This document shows, piece by piece, positions 1 to 9,335 of a stretch of DNA of 64,000 bases. The notes below the pieces were generated by a model. It was not told the DNA's origin. It saw only the letters and a program-made list of their open reading frames with translations, and did no database searches. Origin of the DNA: a virus; the IMG/VR virus record IMGVR_UViG_3300049460_000123, positions 1 to 64,000 of that record; one strand, 5' to 3'. How positions within the stretch are numbered: the first letter of the stretch is position 1; each line of letters opens with the position of its first letter. A program made the position numbers and the translations under genes.

Positions 1-331
1 ACGACCGGATGATCGTACGGCGAGCCTGCTCGAGCTCATCGTCAGCCATCACATACGACTGCACGAATTCGGCTCGTGCGAATGGCGTCAGCTCGAGTGC
101 CTGCACTAACTCCTCGCCGCGCGTCCGGAGAACCCGAAACAGCGATACGATCTCGCCGTCCAGATCGTTATAGACGTCCTGATACGATCTGGACTTGCGC
201 AGAAGCACGGACCCCGCGCCACCGAATGCTTCTACATAGATCTGATGACGCGGGAAAAAGCTCATGATCCACTCGGCAAGTTTCCACTTGCCGCCGTGGT
301 ACCTCATCAATGGGCGCGTTGGCGCCTTCAC
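1..331 (-). CDS. dam: Dam-family DNA adenine methyltransferase, N-terminal part (runs off window)
   Basis: Not in ORF track. Manual translation from GTG at 331 (GTGA overlap with upstream stop): MKAPTRPLMRYHGGKWKLAEWIMSFFPRHQIYVEAFGGAGSVLLRK...VYNDLDGEIVSLFRVLR, the classic Dam/D12 motifs X-I-II. Confidence 0.9.
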   Translation of the reverse strand, partial: MKAPTRPLMRYHGGKWKLAEWIMSFFPRHQIYVEAFGGAGSVLLRKSRSYQDVYNDLDGEIVSLFRVLRTRGEELVQALELTPFARAEFVQSYVMADDELEQARRTIIRS

Positions 332-543
332 CCAACGACCTCCACCTCGATAGCCTCGATATGCTCGACCGTGATTGCCTTGATGACTGCAGCCAGGTAG
401 ATCAGCTTCGCTTCTTCTGCGTCCGTCGCCTCAATCTCGAGACCCGGGATCTCGTCGCAGATGGAACAGTCGAACAGTTTTTTGCCTTTTGCCGGTGCCG
501 GCGCCTTGCCGATCGGGAAAGCCGGATACATTGATGCGCTCAT
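328..543 (-). CDS. Hypothetical protein (71 aa)
   Basis: ORF track; stop overlaps the dam start. Confidence 0.7.
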   Translation of the reverse strand: MSASMYPAFPIGKAPAPAKGKKLFDCSICDEIPGLEIEATDAEEAKLIYLAAVIKAITVEHIEAIEVEVVG

Positions 544-659
544 TTTTTGCTATACCTTGTTTCTACTGCGCCCGACTTGCGCCCGGCTTTGTTGGTTGAA
601 CCCCGCGAAGGCCCGCCGGATAAGGCCCGACGGGTTCTAAACATCACATCTTGAATCTG

Positions 660-1067
660 TTACTTGATCAAGCGCATCTTGCGCGCAGGGATTGCGGCCG
701 GCTTTTTCTCCGATGCCGGACGCGGCGCCTTGGTCGGTGCTTTGCCGGGCAGCGGACGCGGCGCCTTTTGCGCTTCACGCAGCGCCTCAGCCTCTTGCGC
801 AGCCTTGGCGGATTGCGCCTGCTCAACCGATGCGCCGATCGCCAGCAGCTCGAGCGGCGATTGACGCTGAACCACCAGCGCGACGCGCGCCTGGTATTGC
901 GACTTCAACTGCTCGAGCGCACCGAACACAGCGGCGTAGCCAATCGCATAGTCTTGCGCCGAGATGTCGATCGTCGCCGAAATGCGCTCGCAGAGCTCCT
1001 CCGCCTGGATGAACGGCTTACCGTTCGCATCCGTCAAAGTCTGAGTCTTTACTTGGTCCGTCATCAC
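660..1067 (-). CDS. Hypothetical protein with basic Pro/Ala-rich tail
   Basis: ORF track; GGAG RBS upstream. Confidence 0.7.
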   Translation of the reverse strand: MMTDQVKTQTLTDANGKPFIQAEELCERISATIDISAQDYAIGYAAVFGALEQLKSQYQARVALVVQRQSPLELLAIGASVEQAQSAKAAQEAEALREAQKAPRPLPGKAPTKAPRPASEKKPAAIPARKMRLIK

Positions 1068-1145
1068 ATCTCCGTTAGGTGTACTACGCGTCTAAATTTG
1101 ATCGAAAATGATCATACAGTATCCGGCAAACCCACGCCAGTTCTA

Positions 1146-1436
1146 TCAAATGACTTTTTCCTGTTCCGCCATTACTTCGCTTGTGAACTCGCTCGAGCGG
1201 TCGTCGTTGACTTTGCAGCGCACGCCCGCGTCCTTGCCGCCCTTCAGCTTGATACCGCAGCAGCAGAAGACCGTTTCATTCTTTCCGGCCCGCTCAGGGA
1301 TGCCGCATTGCGCGCAGCGATAGATGCGGCGATGGTCGAACGTCTCGCGCATCAGCACGCGGCCGAAGCAGCCACGGCAAACGTGGTCTGTTAGCTGATA
1401 GAAAGGCTTGGATTCTTCCGTCATGGTTCTCACCAA
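1146..1436 (-). CDS. Cys-rich (zinc-binding) hypothetical protein
   Basis: CRGC, CAQC, CCC motifs; coupled to upstream gene. Confidence 0.7.
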   Translation of the reverse strand: MVRTMTEESKPFYQLTDHVCRGCFGRVLMRETFDHRRIYRCAQCGIPERAGKNETVFCCCGIKLKGGKDAGVRCKVNDDRSSEFTSEVMAEQEKVI

Positions 1437-1954
1437 AGCCTCAGTTGTGCCGGCGCACCGCGCATCTCGCCAGAGAAGCCGAATCGGACCGTGTCCTTGC
1501 TGTCGCGCAGCGCGGCGATGATCAGCTCCTCAGTGTCGACCGTCAGAGGCATGTAGAGCGATTTAGGGGCATTGCCGGACATGAATCGGATCTTGCGCGG
1601 CTCGAGCGGCGCCAGCTTGACCGGCTTTGTGCCCTTCGCATTCCGGCCCTTCAGATATTCGTACTGGCGATTCGCGCACGACACGCACAGATGCTTGCCG
1701 ATCAGCCGCGTCGTTCCCGTATGGCAGCGCCCGCAGATCGTCATGCCCTTGAGCGGCGACATACTCGCGGCCGTTTCTCCGGCATGCAGTGCGCCCGTCG
1801 GACACACCTTGCACCGATAGCGCGACTCGTTGCCCTCATGGTTGCCAGAGCGCCACATACCCGCGCACGCATCCATGCTCAACGTCGCCCGGTAACGATC
1901 GCACGTGAAGTGCTTCACACCCGGCAACTCGACGATCTCGAAGTAGACTGTCAT
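1430..1954 (-). CDS. Multi-CxxC zinc-finger hypothetical protein
   Basis: CKVC, CGRC, CVSC motifs; GAGG RBS. Confidence 0.75.
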   Translation of the reverse strand: MTVYFEIVELPGVKHFTCDRYRATLSMDACAGMWRSGNHEGNESRYRCKVCPTGALHAGETAASMSPLKGMTICGRCHTGTTRLIGKHLCVSCANRQYEYLKGRNAKGTKPVKLAPLEPRKIRFMSGNAPKSLYMPLTVDTEELIIAALRDSKDTVRFGFSGEMRGAPAQLRLW

Positions 1955-1965
1955 CGAGCCCTCGC

Positions 1966-1983
1966 TTGCTCATAAAAGAGTAA
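1966..1983. promoter_or_regulatory. 18-bp operator (TTGCTCATAAAAGAGTAA)
   Basis: Matches recurrent palindrome TTACTCA-N4-TGAGTAA. Confidence 0.7.
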
Positions 1984-1985
1984 CC

Positions 1986-2014
1986 ATTGTCACGACTTTT
2001 CATTCCTCAGTCAA
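1986..2014 (-). promoter_or_regulatory. Sigma70-type promoter TTGACT-N17-GACAAT for the leftward early operon
   Basis: Consensus match with 17-nt spacer; operator immediately downstream. Confidence 0.6.
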
Positions 2015-2222
2015 GTCCGCAAGGGGGTAAGTTGCAAACAATACCAATTACTCACCACGAGGACATTTGTACCGAGACGGGCACTATGCCAGGAAGAACT
2101 ACCCTCCAATCCAAAGAATAGGCACCTCAGCAAGCGTCAATTCATCGAACTGCCCGCTCAGCCATACTGGATAGGGATCCCGTCTGGGTACTTACATCAT
2201 GTAATTGCGTTGAAAACGAATA

Positions 2223-2612
2223 GTTACCATTTAGTGCCCTAGTTACCATCCAGATACCATGCGTGGTATCCGTTGAAAACCACGCCCATCAACGGTTTCA
2301 GCCCCCTAGATACCAAGATACCTATATCTGAATAAATATATATATATAGAGGGGGGTGGGGGGTATGTGTGTCTTGTAATGTGTATGTAATGTGTGAGGG
2401 GTGTATGTATATATATATATTCCCGGAAAAAATGGTATCTGCGGTATCTTGGTAACTTCCCTTTAAAATCAATGACTTGCAAGATACCGTCAGTTACCAA
2501 TGGTATCGGCTACTCCGCACGGATACCAGTCAGATACCACCAAGATACCACGCTTGGTATCGGCTAGATCGTTGATTACAAAGAGAAAAGCAGACGCAGA
2601 TACCAAGATACC
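2223..2612. repeat. Iteron-like origin candidate A: 18 G(A/T)TACC hexamers in both orientations around a (TA)n/G-tract core, with an IHF site
   Basis: Hexamers counted by eye; AATCAATGACTTG at 2467-2479 fits WATCAANNNNTTR; non-coding; homologous to 54930-55183. Confidence 0.75.
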
Positions 2613-2682
2613 AAGAATCCCGCGTAGGGACACGCATGCGCGAGAATGTCCTAAATAGTGACAGACCGGGATCGATTGGTAC

Positions 2683-2700
2683 TAACTCAAAAAAGATTAT
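2683..2700. promoter_or_regulatory. 18-bp operator, degenerate (TAACTCAAAAAAGATTAT)
   Basis: Partial match, upstream of rightward early genes. Confidence 0.5.
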
Positions 2701-2735
2701 GCGCCACGGCGAATAACTGATAGACTCCGTCTCAC

Positions 2736-2753
2736 TTGCTCATTTCTGAGTAA
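2736..2753. promoter_or_regulatory. 18-bp operator (TTGCTCATTTCTGAGTAA)
   Basis: Near-perfect palindrome just upstream of 2770 gene. Confidence 0.75.
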
Positions 2754-2769
2754 TTCACGGGAGTCTGAC

Positions 2770-3147
2770 ATGACCGAAAACCAGGTAGTGGCCCGCTTCG
2801 AAGTGGTTGGCGTGAATGACGAGCGCGACACATGCGAGTGCTGCGGCCGCAAAAACCTGAAGCGGGTTGTGTGGATTCGCGACACGGAGACCGACGAGGT
2901 GAAGCACTTCGGCACCGTATGCGCGACGGCGCCCGCGAAAGGGTTTGACCTGGTCGTCGAGATCAAGGCCGCGATCGCCAAATTCGACAGCCTGAACAAG
3001 ATGCGTGTCTACCTGGCCGCAGCTCAATACCGCCGCGAAGGCGGGAAGTACGTACCGAACGGCCCGGGATCCTGGACCGCCGCAGACCGCCCGCATCTCG
3101 ATCGCTGCATCGCCGAATGGGCAAACCGCTCCGACTTCAACTATTGA
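2770..3147 (+). CDS. Hypothetical protein with zinc-ribbon (CECCGRKNLKR...FGTVC)
   Basis: ORF track; GGGAG RBS. Confidence 0.8.
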   Translation: MTENQVVARFEVVGVNDERDTCECCGRKNLKRVVWIRDTETDEVKHFGTVCATAPAKGFDLVVEIKAAIAKFDSLNKMRVYLAAAQYRREGGKYVPNGPGSWTAADRPHLDRCIAEWANRSDFNY

Positions 3148-3158
3148 GCGCCCATCCA

Positions 3159-3338
3159 ATGACCGCCCTCCGCCTGCAGCAACAGATCGCCCGCGCCCTG
3201 CTCGCCCGTGGCGTTTCTGGCGAGCTCATCCCCGTGCGCGCCGGCGAACTGCTCCTGGTTGTGGCGGACGTCACCCAGCTAGAGAAGGCGCACGCCGCGA
3301 TCGCCGCTTACCCCGAAGTCACCCTTATCACTGCCTGA
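3159..3338 (+). CDS. Hypothetical protein (59 aa)
   Basis: ATG at 3159 (MTALRLQQQ); stop coupled to next start (TGATG). Confidence 0.65.
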   Translation: MTALRLQQQIARALLARGVSGELIPVRAGELLLVVADVTQLEKAHAAIAAYPEVTLITA

Positions 3339-3631
3339 TGAACACGAACAGCATCCTCATCCGCGCCGACAAGAAAGCGATCGGCCCGGCACCCGGCCGC
3401 CGCCCGCGCCTCAGCAAGGGTTACAAGCTCCGCGACGAGGCGCCCCGCGCCCCCAGCGTGCACGTGCTACTGACCGATGCGCAGGTGCTCGAGTGCCGCA
3501 CGCGATTCGAACACGAGCGCGGATGGACGATGCAAACCCTCGCGATCGAGTACGGCACCTCGCGCGAATACATGCGCCGGCTGCTCGAGTACCAGACGCG
3601 ATCGAAACTGATCCCGAAACACCCGAAGTAA
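3338..3631 (+). CDS. Small HTH-like DNA-binding protein
   Basis: MNTNSIL...LTDAQVLECR...WTMQTLAIEYGTSREYMRRLL resembles an HTH. Confidence 0.6.
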   Translation: MNTNSILIRADKKAIGPAPGRRPRLSKGYKLRDEAPRAPSVHVLLTDAQVLECRTRFEHERGWTMQTLAIEYGTSREYMRRLLEYQTRSKLIPKHPK

Positions 3632-3652
3632 TCCACCACCAGGAGCACCGCA

Positions 3653-3745
3653 ATGTTTTCTACCGCAATTACCATCGGCCTCATCATCGGCACGTGTTTC
3701 GGAGCCGTCATCTCCGCCCTCCTCCGCGCCGGCGCCGGCAAGTGA
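3653..3745 (+). CDS. 30-aa single-TM membrane peptide
   Basis: Below ORF-track cutoff; AGGAG RBS; MFSTAITIGLIIGTCFGAVISALLRAGAGK. Confidence 0.6.
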   Translation: MFSTAITIGLIIGTCFGAVISALLRAGAGK

Positions 3746-3775
3746 GCGTGTGCGCGATCGGCACCACCGCTCACT

Positions 3776-3793
3776 AACCTCATTTTCGAGTAG
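3776..3793. promoter_or_regulatory. 18-bp operator, degenerate (AACCTCATTTTCGAGTAG)
   Basis: Partial match upstream of the exported protein gene. Confidence 0.45.
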
Positions 3794-3846
3794 CATTTGA
3801 CCCGACCCGCCACCGCGCGGGCGATAACCAATTCTCGAGAACAACC

Positions 3847-4434
3847 ATGAAAAAGACCGCCCTTATCCTCGTCGCCGCACTCATCGCCGCCCTGCCACTG
3901 TCCGCCAGCGCCGGCTACTACTACGACCCGCACCCGACGGAGACGCCCGACGGCGTGCTGTCGCCACAAGCGATGCAGCAAGCCCCCTCGATCAGAGCGA
4001 AGATCATCGCGCAGTACGGCGGAGCGGCAAAGCCCGTCTACACCGCACCGGCGAGCTCCGCCGACATCGCGGCAGCAGAAGCAGCGCAACGCGCGCACCA
4101 GGACGAGGAAGCGGCCGCGCCGCTCCGCACGCAATCCCTGCAGGATGCAATGGCCGAACGCGCGGCCGCCGCCGAGCACCGCCTCGACGGCTCGAAGCAG
4201 CAGATCCGCTATTGCGTCGCCCGGATCAACCAGGCCCGCGATGCGCTCAAGCGTGAGGACGAGATCGAGCGCGAGTCAGGCGTGCAGAATCTCAGGCTTC
4301 GCTATGACGCCGGCTCGCAAATTGCCTACTGCAATGGACAGATCGACGTCGCATTCCGCGAGTACCGCCAGCTCGGAGGCACCGCCCCGACCCGCGCCGC
4401 GCTCATAAAGCAACTGATTGCCGAGGCACAATGA
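3847..4434 (+). CDS. Exported protein with Sec signal peptide
   Basis: MKKTALILVAALIAALPLSASA; Cys pair in mature part. Confidence 0.8.
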   Translation: MKKTALILVAALIAALPLSASAGYYYDPHPTETPDGVLSPQAMQQAPSIRAKIIAQYGGAAKPVYTAPASSADIAAAEAAQRAHQDEEAAAPLRTQSLQDAMAERAAAAEHRLDGSKQQIRYCVARINQARDALKREDEIERESGVQNLRLRYDAGSQIAYCNGQIDVAFREYRQLGGTAPTRAALIKQLIAEAQ

Positions 4435-4646
4435 ACAACTGCGTAACCTGCGAACACGCGATCTGGCAGAAGACGCCGAGCGGCCGCATCAACTGGAAGA
4501 AAGCCGGCAAGTGCCGCGCCCCGATACCGGATCTGGCCGCCGTGCTACCCGCTTGCGTTCCGCCGCCGCCGGCAAGCAAGAATAGTATCTGGTCCGACAC
4601 CTGCACCAACTGCCCGACCTGGATCGAGAAGGAGACTACGCAATGA
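4431..4646 (+). CDS. Cys-rich hypothetical protein
   Basis: CVTC...CTNC; ATGA overlaps. Confidence 0.7.
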   Translation: MNNCVTCEHAIWQKTPSGRINWKKAGKCRAPIPDLAAVLPACVPPPPASKNSIWSDTCTNCPTWIEKETTQ

Positions 4647-5077
4647 CGCCACAGCAACGCGCGCAACTGCAGAACGAGGCGATCGACCGCGCCAACGCCT
4701 ATCTGTCGGCTGTCGGACTGCCTTCCTACACCGAGGCAATCACCACGCTATCCGATCTGCTCACATGGAGCGGCAACGCCCCCGACGTGCCGCCCGCGAC
4801 GATCGCAGCAGCTCACGAACTGATCGACCGCGCGAGTGGCTCGAGCCCTCCTCCGCTTTGGATGCAACGATTAGACCGCGTGTATCGCCCGGATCGCGAC
4901 CCGAAAGCCGTAGCGCTTGCGATCTCACCGATCTGCAAAATGGAAGACGTCACACCGGGCACGCACAGCCGCATCAAAGTGCCCGCCGACAAACTAGAAG
5001 CCGTGCGCAAAGCCGTCGAGCTCGTGCGCAGTCCCATTCACTACATCGAATACCTGCCCCTGGAGACCGACAAGTGA
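4643..5077 (+). CDS. Hypothetical protein
   Basis: ORF track; AAGGAG RBS. Confidence 0.75.
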   Translation: MTPQQRAQLQNEAIDRANAYLSAVGLPSYTEAITTLSDLLTWSGNAPDVPPATIAAAHELIDRASGSSPPPLWMQRLDRVYRPDRDPKAVALAISPICKMEDVTPGTHSRIKVPADKLEAVRKAVELVRSPIHYIEYLPLETDK

Positions 5078-5502
5078 CCCCGCACGTACAACGCGCGTGG
5101 GCTCGCCTCACCGCCGACATGAAAGACGGCGCGCACCAGTACGACCACTGGCAAGACGTGCCCAGGCGCGTGCAAGTCGCATACCTCGAGCTCATCGCGA
5201 AAGATGACGGCCAACTCACCGAACTCGCCGCGCGGGCCGCCGGCATCGACCTCATGCCAGATGGAGACGGCGCCGACGGATCCCGCTGGGTCGCGCAGCA
5301 CGTGCGCCTGCCCGACGGCCAATGCGTATGGAACCCGCTTCACAATGATGCGCACGCTTTCCGCCTGGCGGTGCAGCTTTCCCTACTCGATGGACTCGAG
5401 CGCCATGCCAGCGCGCTCGCCGCAGAATTCGACTACGACATGGACCCATACGCCGCGACCCGCCGCGCGATCGTCCGCGTGGCCGCAGCACTCGCCAGCT
5501 AA
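5074..5502 (+). CDS. Phage ABA-sandwich/NinX-like (DUF2591-like) protein
   Basis: GTGA overlap start; WNPLHNDAHAFRLAVQL...ATRRAIVRVAA motif. Confidence 0.65.
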   Translation: MTPHVQRAWARLTADMKDGAHQYDHWQDVPRRVQVAYLELIAKDDGQLTELAARAAGIDLMPDGDGADGSRWVAQHVRLPDGQCVWNPLHNDAHAFRLAVQLSLLDGLERHASALAAEFDYDMDPYAATRRAIVRVAAALAS

Positions 5503-5520
5503 CCCCGCCCCGCCCCATCC

Positions 5521-5546
5521 AACCCGGCCGCGTGCCGGGTTTTTTT
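5521..5546 (+). terminator. Intrinsic terminator
   Basis: AACCCGGC-loop-GCCGGGTT followed by T-run. Confidence 0.85.
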
Positions 5547-5558
5547 ACGCCCCGCGAC

Positions 5559-5624
5559 TTGCTCAAAAAAGATTAAAAAACCTTGCCACTTTGTACGCCT
5601 ACGCGCATAATCGTTTTTGAGTAA
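5559..5624 (+). promoter_or_regulatory. Sigma70 promoter TTGCCA(5583)-N17-CATAAT(5606) flanked by two 18-bp operators (5559-5576, 5607-5624)
   Basis: TTGCTCAAAAAAGATTAA and ATAATCGTTTTTGAGTAA; the second overlaps the -10. Confidence 0.7.
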
Positions 5625-5643
5625 CAACCCCGAGGCGTCCACC

Positions 5644-5781
5644 ATGTTGTTCCGCACGATCGAATACTTCGAAGCACGCGCATTCAGCCTGCGTCCCTTC
5701 TACCGATTCGACGTGCGTAGCCGCACGGGCCGCCTCATCGAATCGCATTGCGTCCGCCTCGACGACGTCGTCTGGTGCTAA
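5644..5781 (+). CDS. Small hypothetical protein (45 aa)
   Basis: Manual: MLFRTIEYFEARAFSLRPFYRFDVRSRTGRLIESHCVRLDDVVWC; GAGG RBS. Confidence 0.55.
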   Translation: MLFRTIEYFEARAFSLRPFYRFDVRSRTGRLIESHCVRLDDVVWC

Positions 5782-5791
5782 GGAGACCTGC

Positions 5792-5923
5792 ATGTACACC
5801 GTGAAATACCGCGAAGGTAAGCGTTTCATCATCGAGCACTACGACTTCGCCGCATGGCGCGACCACCGCGCCGCGCGCCTCATCATGCGTGGCATCGCCG
5901 TAACCCTTTCCAAAATCAAGTAA
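5792..5923 (+). CDS. Small hypothetical protein (43 aa)
   Basis: Manual: MYTVKYREGKRFIIEHYDF...; AAGGAG RBS; TAATG coupling to helicase. Confidence 0.65.
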   Translation: MYTVKYREGKRFIIEHYDFAAWRDHRAARLIMRGIAVTLSKIK

Positions 5924-8226
5924 TGAGCAAAGATATTCCAGGCAGCACAGTACCGAGACTCGTCGCGCGCCCGCACCAGGCCGAAGCAGTCGCCGCCGTC
6001 AAAGCCGAATTTGAGATTGCCGACCGCGCCACGCTCGTGATGTCGGTCGCATCCGGAAAGACTGCGACTGGCGTATGGACTGCAGAGGCAGTGATCGGCA
6101 CGCAGAAGCGTGCGGTCATTGTTTGCCTGTTCCCGTCGCTCACCCTGATCCGACAGACTATCCCGGTATGGATCCAGCAACAGAGCTGGGGAAAGCGTTT
6201 CCGGTTCATGGCCGTCTGCTCTGACACGTCAGTCATCGACGACGATATGAGCGCCGCCGACATGCCCTACCCGACCACGACGAGCATCGACGACATCGCG
6301 CGATTCATCGACAGCGGAGGGATCCGCGTTGTCTTCGCCACTTACCATTCGTCGGAAGCCGTCGCGGCCGCGCTGCGTGAAACTGGTATCACGTGCGCGC
6401 TGGCACTGTTCGACGAAGCACACAAAACTGCAGGATCGCCCGGCCGCACCTTTTCTGCCGCACTCGACGACGATGAATTCCCGTGCAGCAAGCGCCTTTT
6501 CATGACCGCGACGCCGCGCGTGACCAACCGCAAGAAGCGCGACAAGAACGGCGACGCACAGATCATCTCTATGGACGACGAGTCGATCTACGGTCGCGTC
6601 GCCTATCGCTTTTCGTTCCGCCAGGCCAAAGATAGCGGGATCATCTGCGGATACAAGGTGATCGTCTCGACCGTGACGACTGCCGAGCTCGGCGCAGCCC
6701 CCGGCGACGTGACAGTCAACGTCTCCGGCGAACAGCTCACGCTCGAGGACGCCGCCAGCCGCGTCGCACTGGCGCGCGCTATCGAGATGGTCGACGCTCG
6801 CAAAGCGATCACGTTTCACTCGACCGTCGCCGACGCGGCCCGTTTCGTTGGCAAGAACGGTATCGGCGCAATGCTCCCCGCATTCGAGACCTACCACGTC
6901 AACGGCAAGCAGACGACACAAGAGCGAGACGCCGCTATCGACAGCTTCGCAGCGTCCGAGCGTGGACTCGTCAGCAACGCCCGATGCCTCACCGAAGGCG
7001 TCGACATCCCGGCCGTCGACCTGGTCGGATTTATCAGCCGCAAGAAGTCGAAGGTAGACATCATCCAGGCGATCGGCCGGGCGATGCGCAAGCCGTACGG
7101 ATCCGATAAGGAAGTCGGTTATGTGCTCCTGCCGATCCTGCTCGACAGCGAGAAGGACGTCAAAGACGCAATGGCCGATGCAGACCTGTCCGTTATGTTC
7201 GACGTGCTCGCAGCACTGAAGGACGAGGACGAGGTTCTGTCCGAGGCGATCAAGAGCAGCGCCACCAAGAAGTCATCCAGCAAGCCTGCCGACCTTGGCG
7301 AATTCGTCGAGGTGCTCGGAGCATCAGTCGATATGGAGGCCGTGCACCGCGCCGTCGAGGTATCGATCGTGGATGAATTGGCGGAGTCGTTTGACTTCAA
7401 TATCGGAGTGTTGCGAAGTTTTGCGGAAAGAGAGGGACATGCGCGAGTTCCCACATTTCATGAGGAAAACGGAATTAATCTTGGAAGATGGATCAGCAAT
7501 CAACGAACTGCAAGAGACTGTCTTTCTACGGCTCGAATAAAATCACTTGAGGCCATTCCAGGCTGGTCTTGGAATGCATTTGATGGAAAATGGGAAGATG
7601 GATTCTATGCCCTTAAGTCATTTGCAGATCGAGAGGGACACGCAGTAGTGCCACAAAAACATATTGAGAATGGCATACAACTTGGAGTATGGGTCAGCAC
7701 TCAACGCGAAACAAATGAGAGCCTTCCTTTGTCACGTCGGCAAGCACTCGATACACTTCCGAAATGGACGTGGAATGCACTCGAAAGCAAATGGATGGAC
7801 GGATTCAATAATTTGAAGTTGTTTGTCGAGCGCGAAGGACACGCACGGGTGCCCGCAAAACATGTCGAGGGAAATATCAAGCTGGGGAGCTGGGTATCAC
7901 AAAACCGACAACGCCGCGCCAAATTAGGTCAAGATAAAAAATCGGCTCTGGAACAGCTTCCGGGGTGGACGTGGAGCCCTATAGATGATTTGTTTAACGT
8001 CGGATTAGATCACCTAAAGCGGTTTGTCAGTAGGAATGGTCACGCTAGAGTCCCGGAGCTGCATATTGAAGATAAATACAAGCTAGGAACTTGGGTATCA
8101 AACAGACGACATAACGTAGAAAAATTAACCCCAAAAAATCGCGCCGATCTGGAAGCGCTCCCGGGATGGGCTTGGACCATTGGCCGAGGCAATAACAATC
8201 CTACCCGTAAAAAGAAAACATCATGA
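5923..8226 (+). CDS. SF2 DEAH helicase with four C-terminal helicase-associated (HA) repeats
   Basis: ASGKT, DEAH, TATPR, EGVDIP, QAIGRAMR; four EGHARVP...LGxWxSxQR...W.W repeats; start re-called to 5923. Confidence 0.9.
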   Translation: MSKDIPGSTVPRLVARPHQAEAVAAVKAEFEIADRATLVMSVASGKTATGVWTAEAVIGTQKRAVIVCLFPSLTLIRQTIPVWIQQQSWGKRFRFMAVCSDTSVIDDDMSAADMPYPTTTSIDDIARFIDSGGIRVVFATYHSSEAVAAALRETGITCALALFDEAHKTAGSPGRTFSAALDDDEFPCSKRLFMTATPRVTNRKKRDKNGDAQIISMDDESIYGRVAYRFSFRQAKDSGIICGYKVIVSTVTTAELGAAPGDVTVNVSGEQLTLEDAASRVALARAIEMVDARKAITFHSTVADAARFVGKNGIGAMLPAFETYHVNGKQTTQERDAAIDSFAASERGLVSNARCLTEGVDIPAVDLVGFISRKKSKVDIIQAIGRAMRKPYGSDKEVGYVLLPILLDSEKDVKDAMADADLSVMFDVLAALKDEDEVLSEAIKSSATKKSSSKPADLGEFVEVLGASVDMEAVHRAVEVSIVDELAESFDFNIGVLRSFAEREGHARVPTFHEENGINLGRWISNQRTARDCLSTARIKSLEAIPGWSWNAFDGKWEDGFYALKSFADREGHAVVPQKHIENGIQLGVWVSTQRETNESLPLSRRQALDTLPKWTWNALESKWMDGFNNLKLFVEREGHARVPAKHVEGNIKLGSWVSQNRQRRAKLGQDKKSALEQLPGWTWSPIDDLFNVGLDHLKRFVSRNGHARVPELHIEDKYKLGTWVSNRRHNVEKLTPKNRADLEALPGWAWTIGRGNNNPTRKKKTS

Positions 8227-8777
8227 GCATGACAGTCACAAAAGAAACTCCGATGGAGCATTACAGCCTGCGCGGCGATCATAGCGTGTGGGCCACGATC
8301 GCCATGCGCGACTATGTGCGCGCCAACAATGCCGGCAACGAGCTGCACGGCGGCGAGATCCTGATCAACTCCGATTTTGGCGAGTACGCCTATTCGTGGG
8401 GAAACATGGGCTCCCCGCTGAAGCAGTTCCTTTGCCGCATCAGCCGCGACTACGTGATTGACAAACTCACGAACGGCAACGACACCGAATTCGACTTTGA
8501 CGCGTCGCTCGCGGCAGCGAAGAAGGAGATCCGGCGCATGCGAAAGTCCGGCGAGATCACCCGCGCCGCTGCACAGGATGCGATGGACGATCTCCCGTCC
8601 GACAACACGGACCAAGACAATTTCATCCGGCGCCTATGGGATAACGAGCTATTCGCCGACGGCGACCCGCCGACCTGGTTCGTATGCACCCGCGATCGCC
8701 CGCAGATCACCGGCTTTTACAAGTACGTCTGGACGCCGTTCGTCGAGCACCTGCGCACGGAGATTGCCAATGGCTAG
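8223..8777 (+). CDS. Hypothetical protein
   Basis: ORF track; overlaps neighbours. Confidence 0.75.
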   Translation: MSMTVTKETPMEHYSLRGDHSVWATIAMRDYVRANNAGNELHGGEILINSDFGEYAYSWGNMGSPLKQFLCRISRDYVIDKLTNGNDTEFDFDASLAAAKKEIRRMRKSGEITRAAAQDAMDDLPSDNTDQDNFIRRLWDNELFADGDPPTWFVCTRDRPQITGFYKYVWTPFVEHLRTEIANG

Positions 8778-9174
8778 GCCACCAGTAGCGCGCCTCGCAA
8801 TCCTCGATCTCCTGAAAGACGCTGGCAAGATGACACGCGACCAGATCGCCGAGGAGCTTTCCATGTCTATGTCTACGGTAAAGACCGCGCTGCGGGCCGC
8901 TCGCAAGGACAAGCAGATATACATCGCCGACTGGTTGACACCGCCGCTCGACGTGCACGGCAAGCAGCAGGCAATGCACGCGATCGGAAACCGTCGCGAC
9001 GTGCCGATGCGGATCAAGCCTTGGAGCGAGTACTATCGCCGGTACCGCGCCAAGAATTACGCTAAAGTTCTCATCAAAGAGGAGATCCGCCGACGCGGAC
9101 CCGATAACCCTTTCACTCAACTAATCACCCAATGCCGATCAGCACCGAAGAAGCAGCAAAGCGCCACGGCGTAA
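8770..9174 (+). CDS. Winged-HTH DNA-binding protein
   Basis: ILDLLKDAGKMTRDQIAEELSMSMSTVKTALR; GGAG RBS. Confidence 0.75.
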   Translation: MARPPVARLAILDLLKDAGKMTRDQIAEELSMSMSTVKTALRAARKDKQIYIADWLTPPLDVHGKQQAMHAIGNRRDVPMRIKPWSEYYRRYRAKNYAKVLIKEEIRRRGPDNPFTQLITQCRSAPKKQQSATA

Positions 9175-9335
9175 GCAAACGTCGAATTCAGCGCCTCATC
9201 CAGCAGGACCGGATCCCCGGCGCCGAGCGCATAGGCCGCGACTGGATGGTCCCCGACGACTTCATCATTTTGCCGCCGGACAATCCGACGTCGCACTCCG
9301 GCCAGAAGATCCGCACTAAGACGCTGAAGGATTGA
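9132..9335 (+). CDS. Excisionase-like HTH (Xis/HTH_17) protein
   Basis: STEEAAKRHGVSKRRIQRLIQQDRIPGAERIGRDWMVP. Confidence 0.75.
   Translation: MPISTEEAAKRHGVSKRRIQRLIQQDRIPGAERIGRDWMVPDDFIILPPDNPTSHSGQKIRTKTLKD

Noticed and set aside
181-240. Suspected frameshift in dam
   Set aside because: On re-reading, YVEAFGG is in frame; the gene is absent from the ORF track only because it runs off the window
1989-1996. GTCACGAC copy upstream of the 1954 gene
   Set aside because: Lacks the conserved A/T hexamer at the fixed spacing; better explained as part of a sigma70 promoter, so not counted
2223-2612. Possible CRISPR or guide-RNA array; ORFs 2239-2472 and 2306-2500
   Set aside because: Repeats are 6-mers in mixed orientation with irregular spacing, no cas genes; the ORFs are low-complexity artefacts
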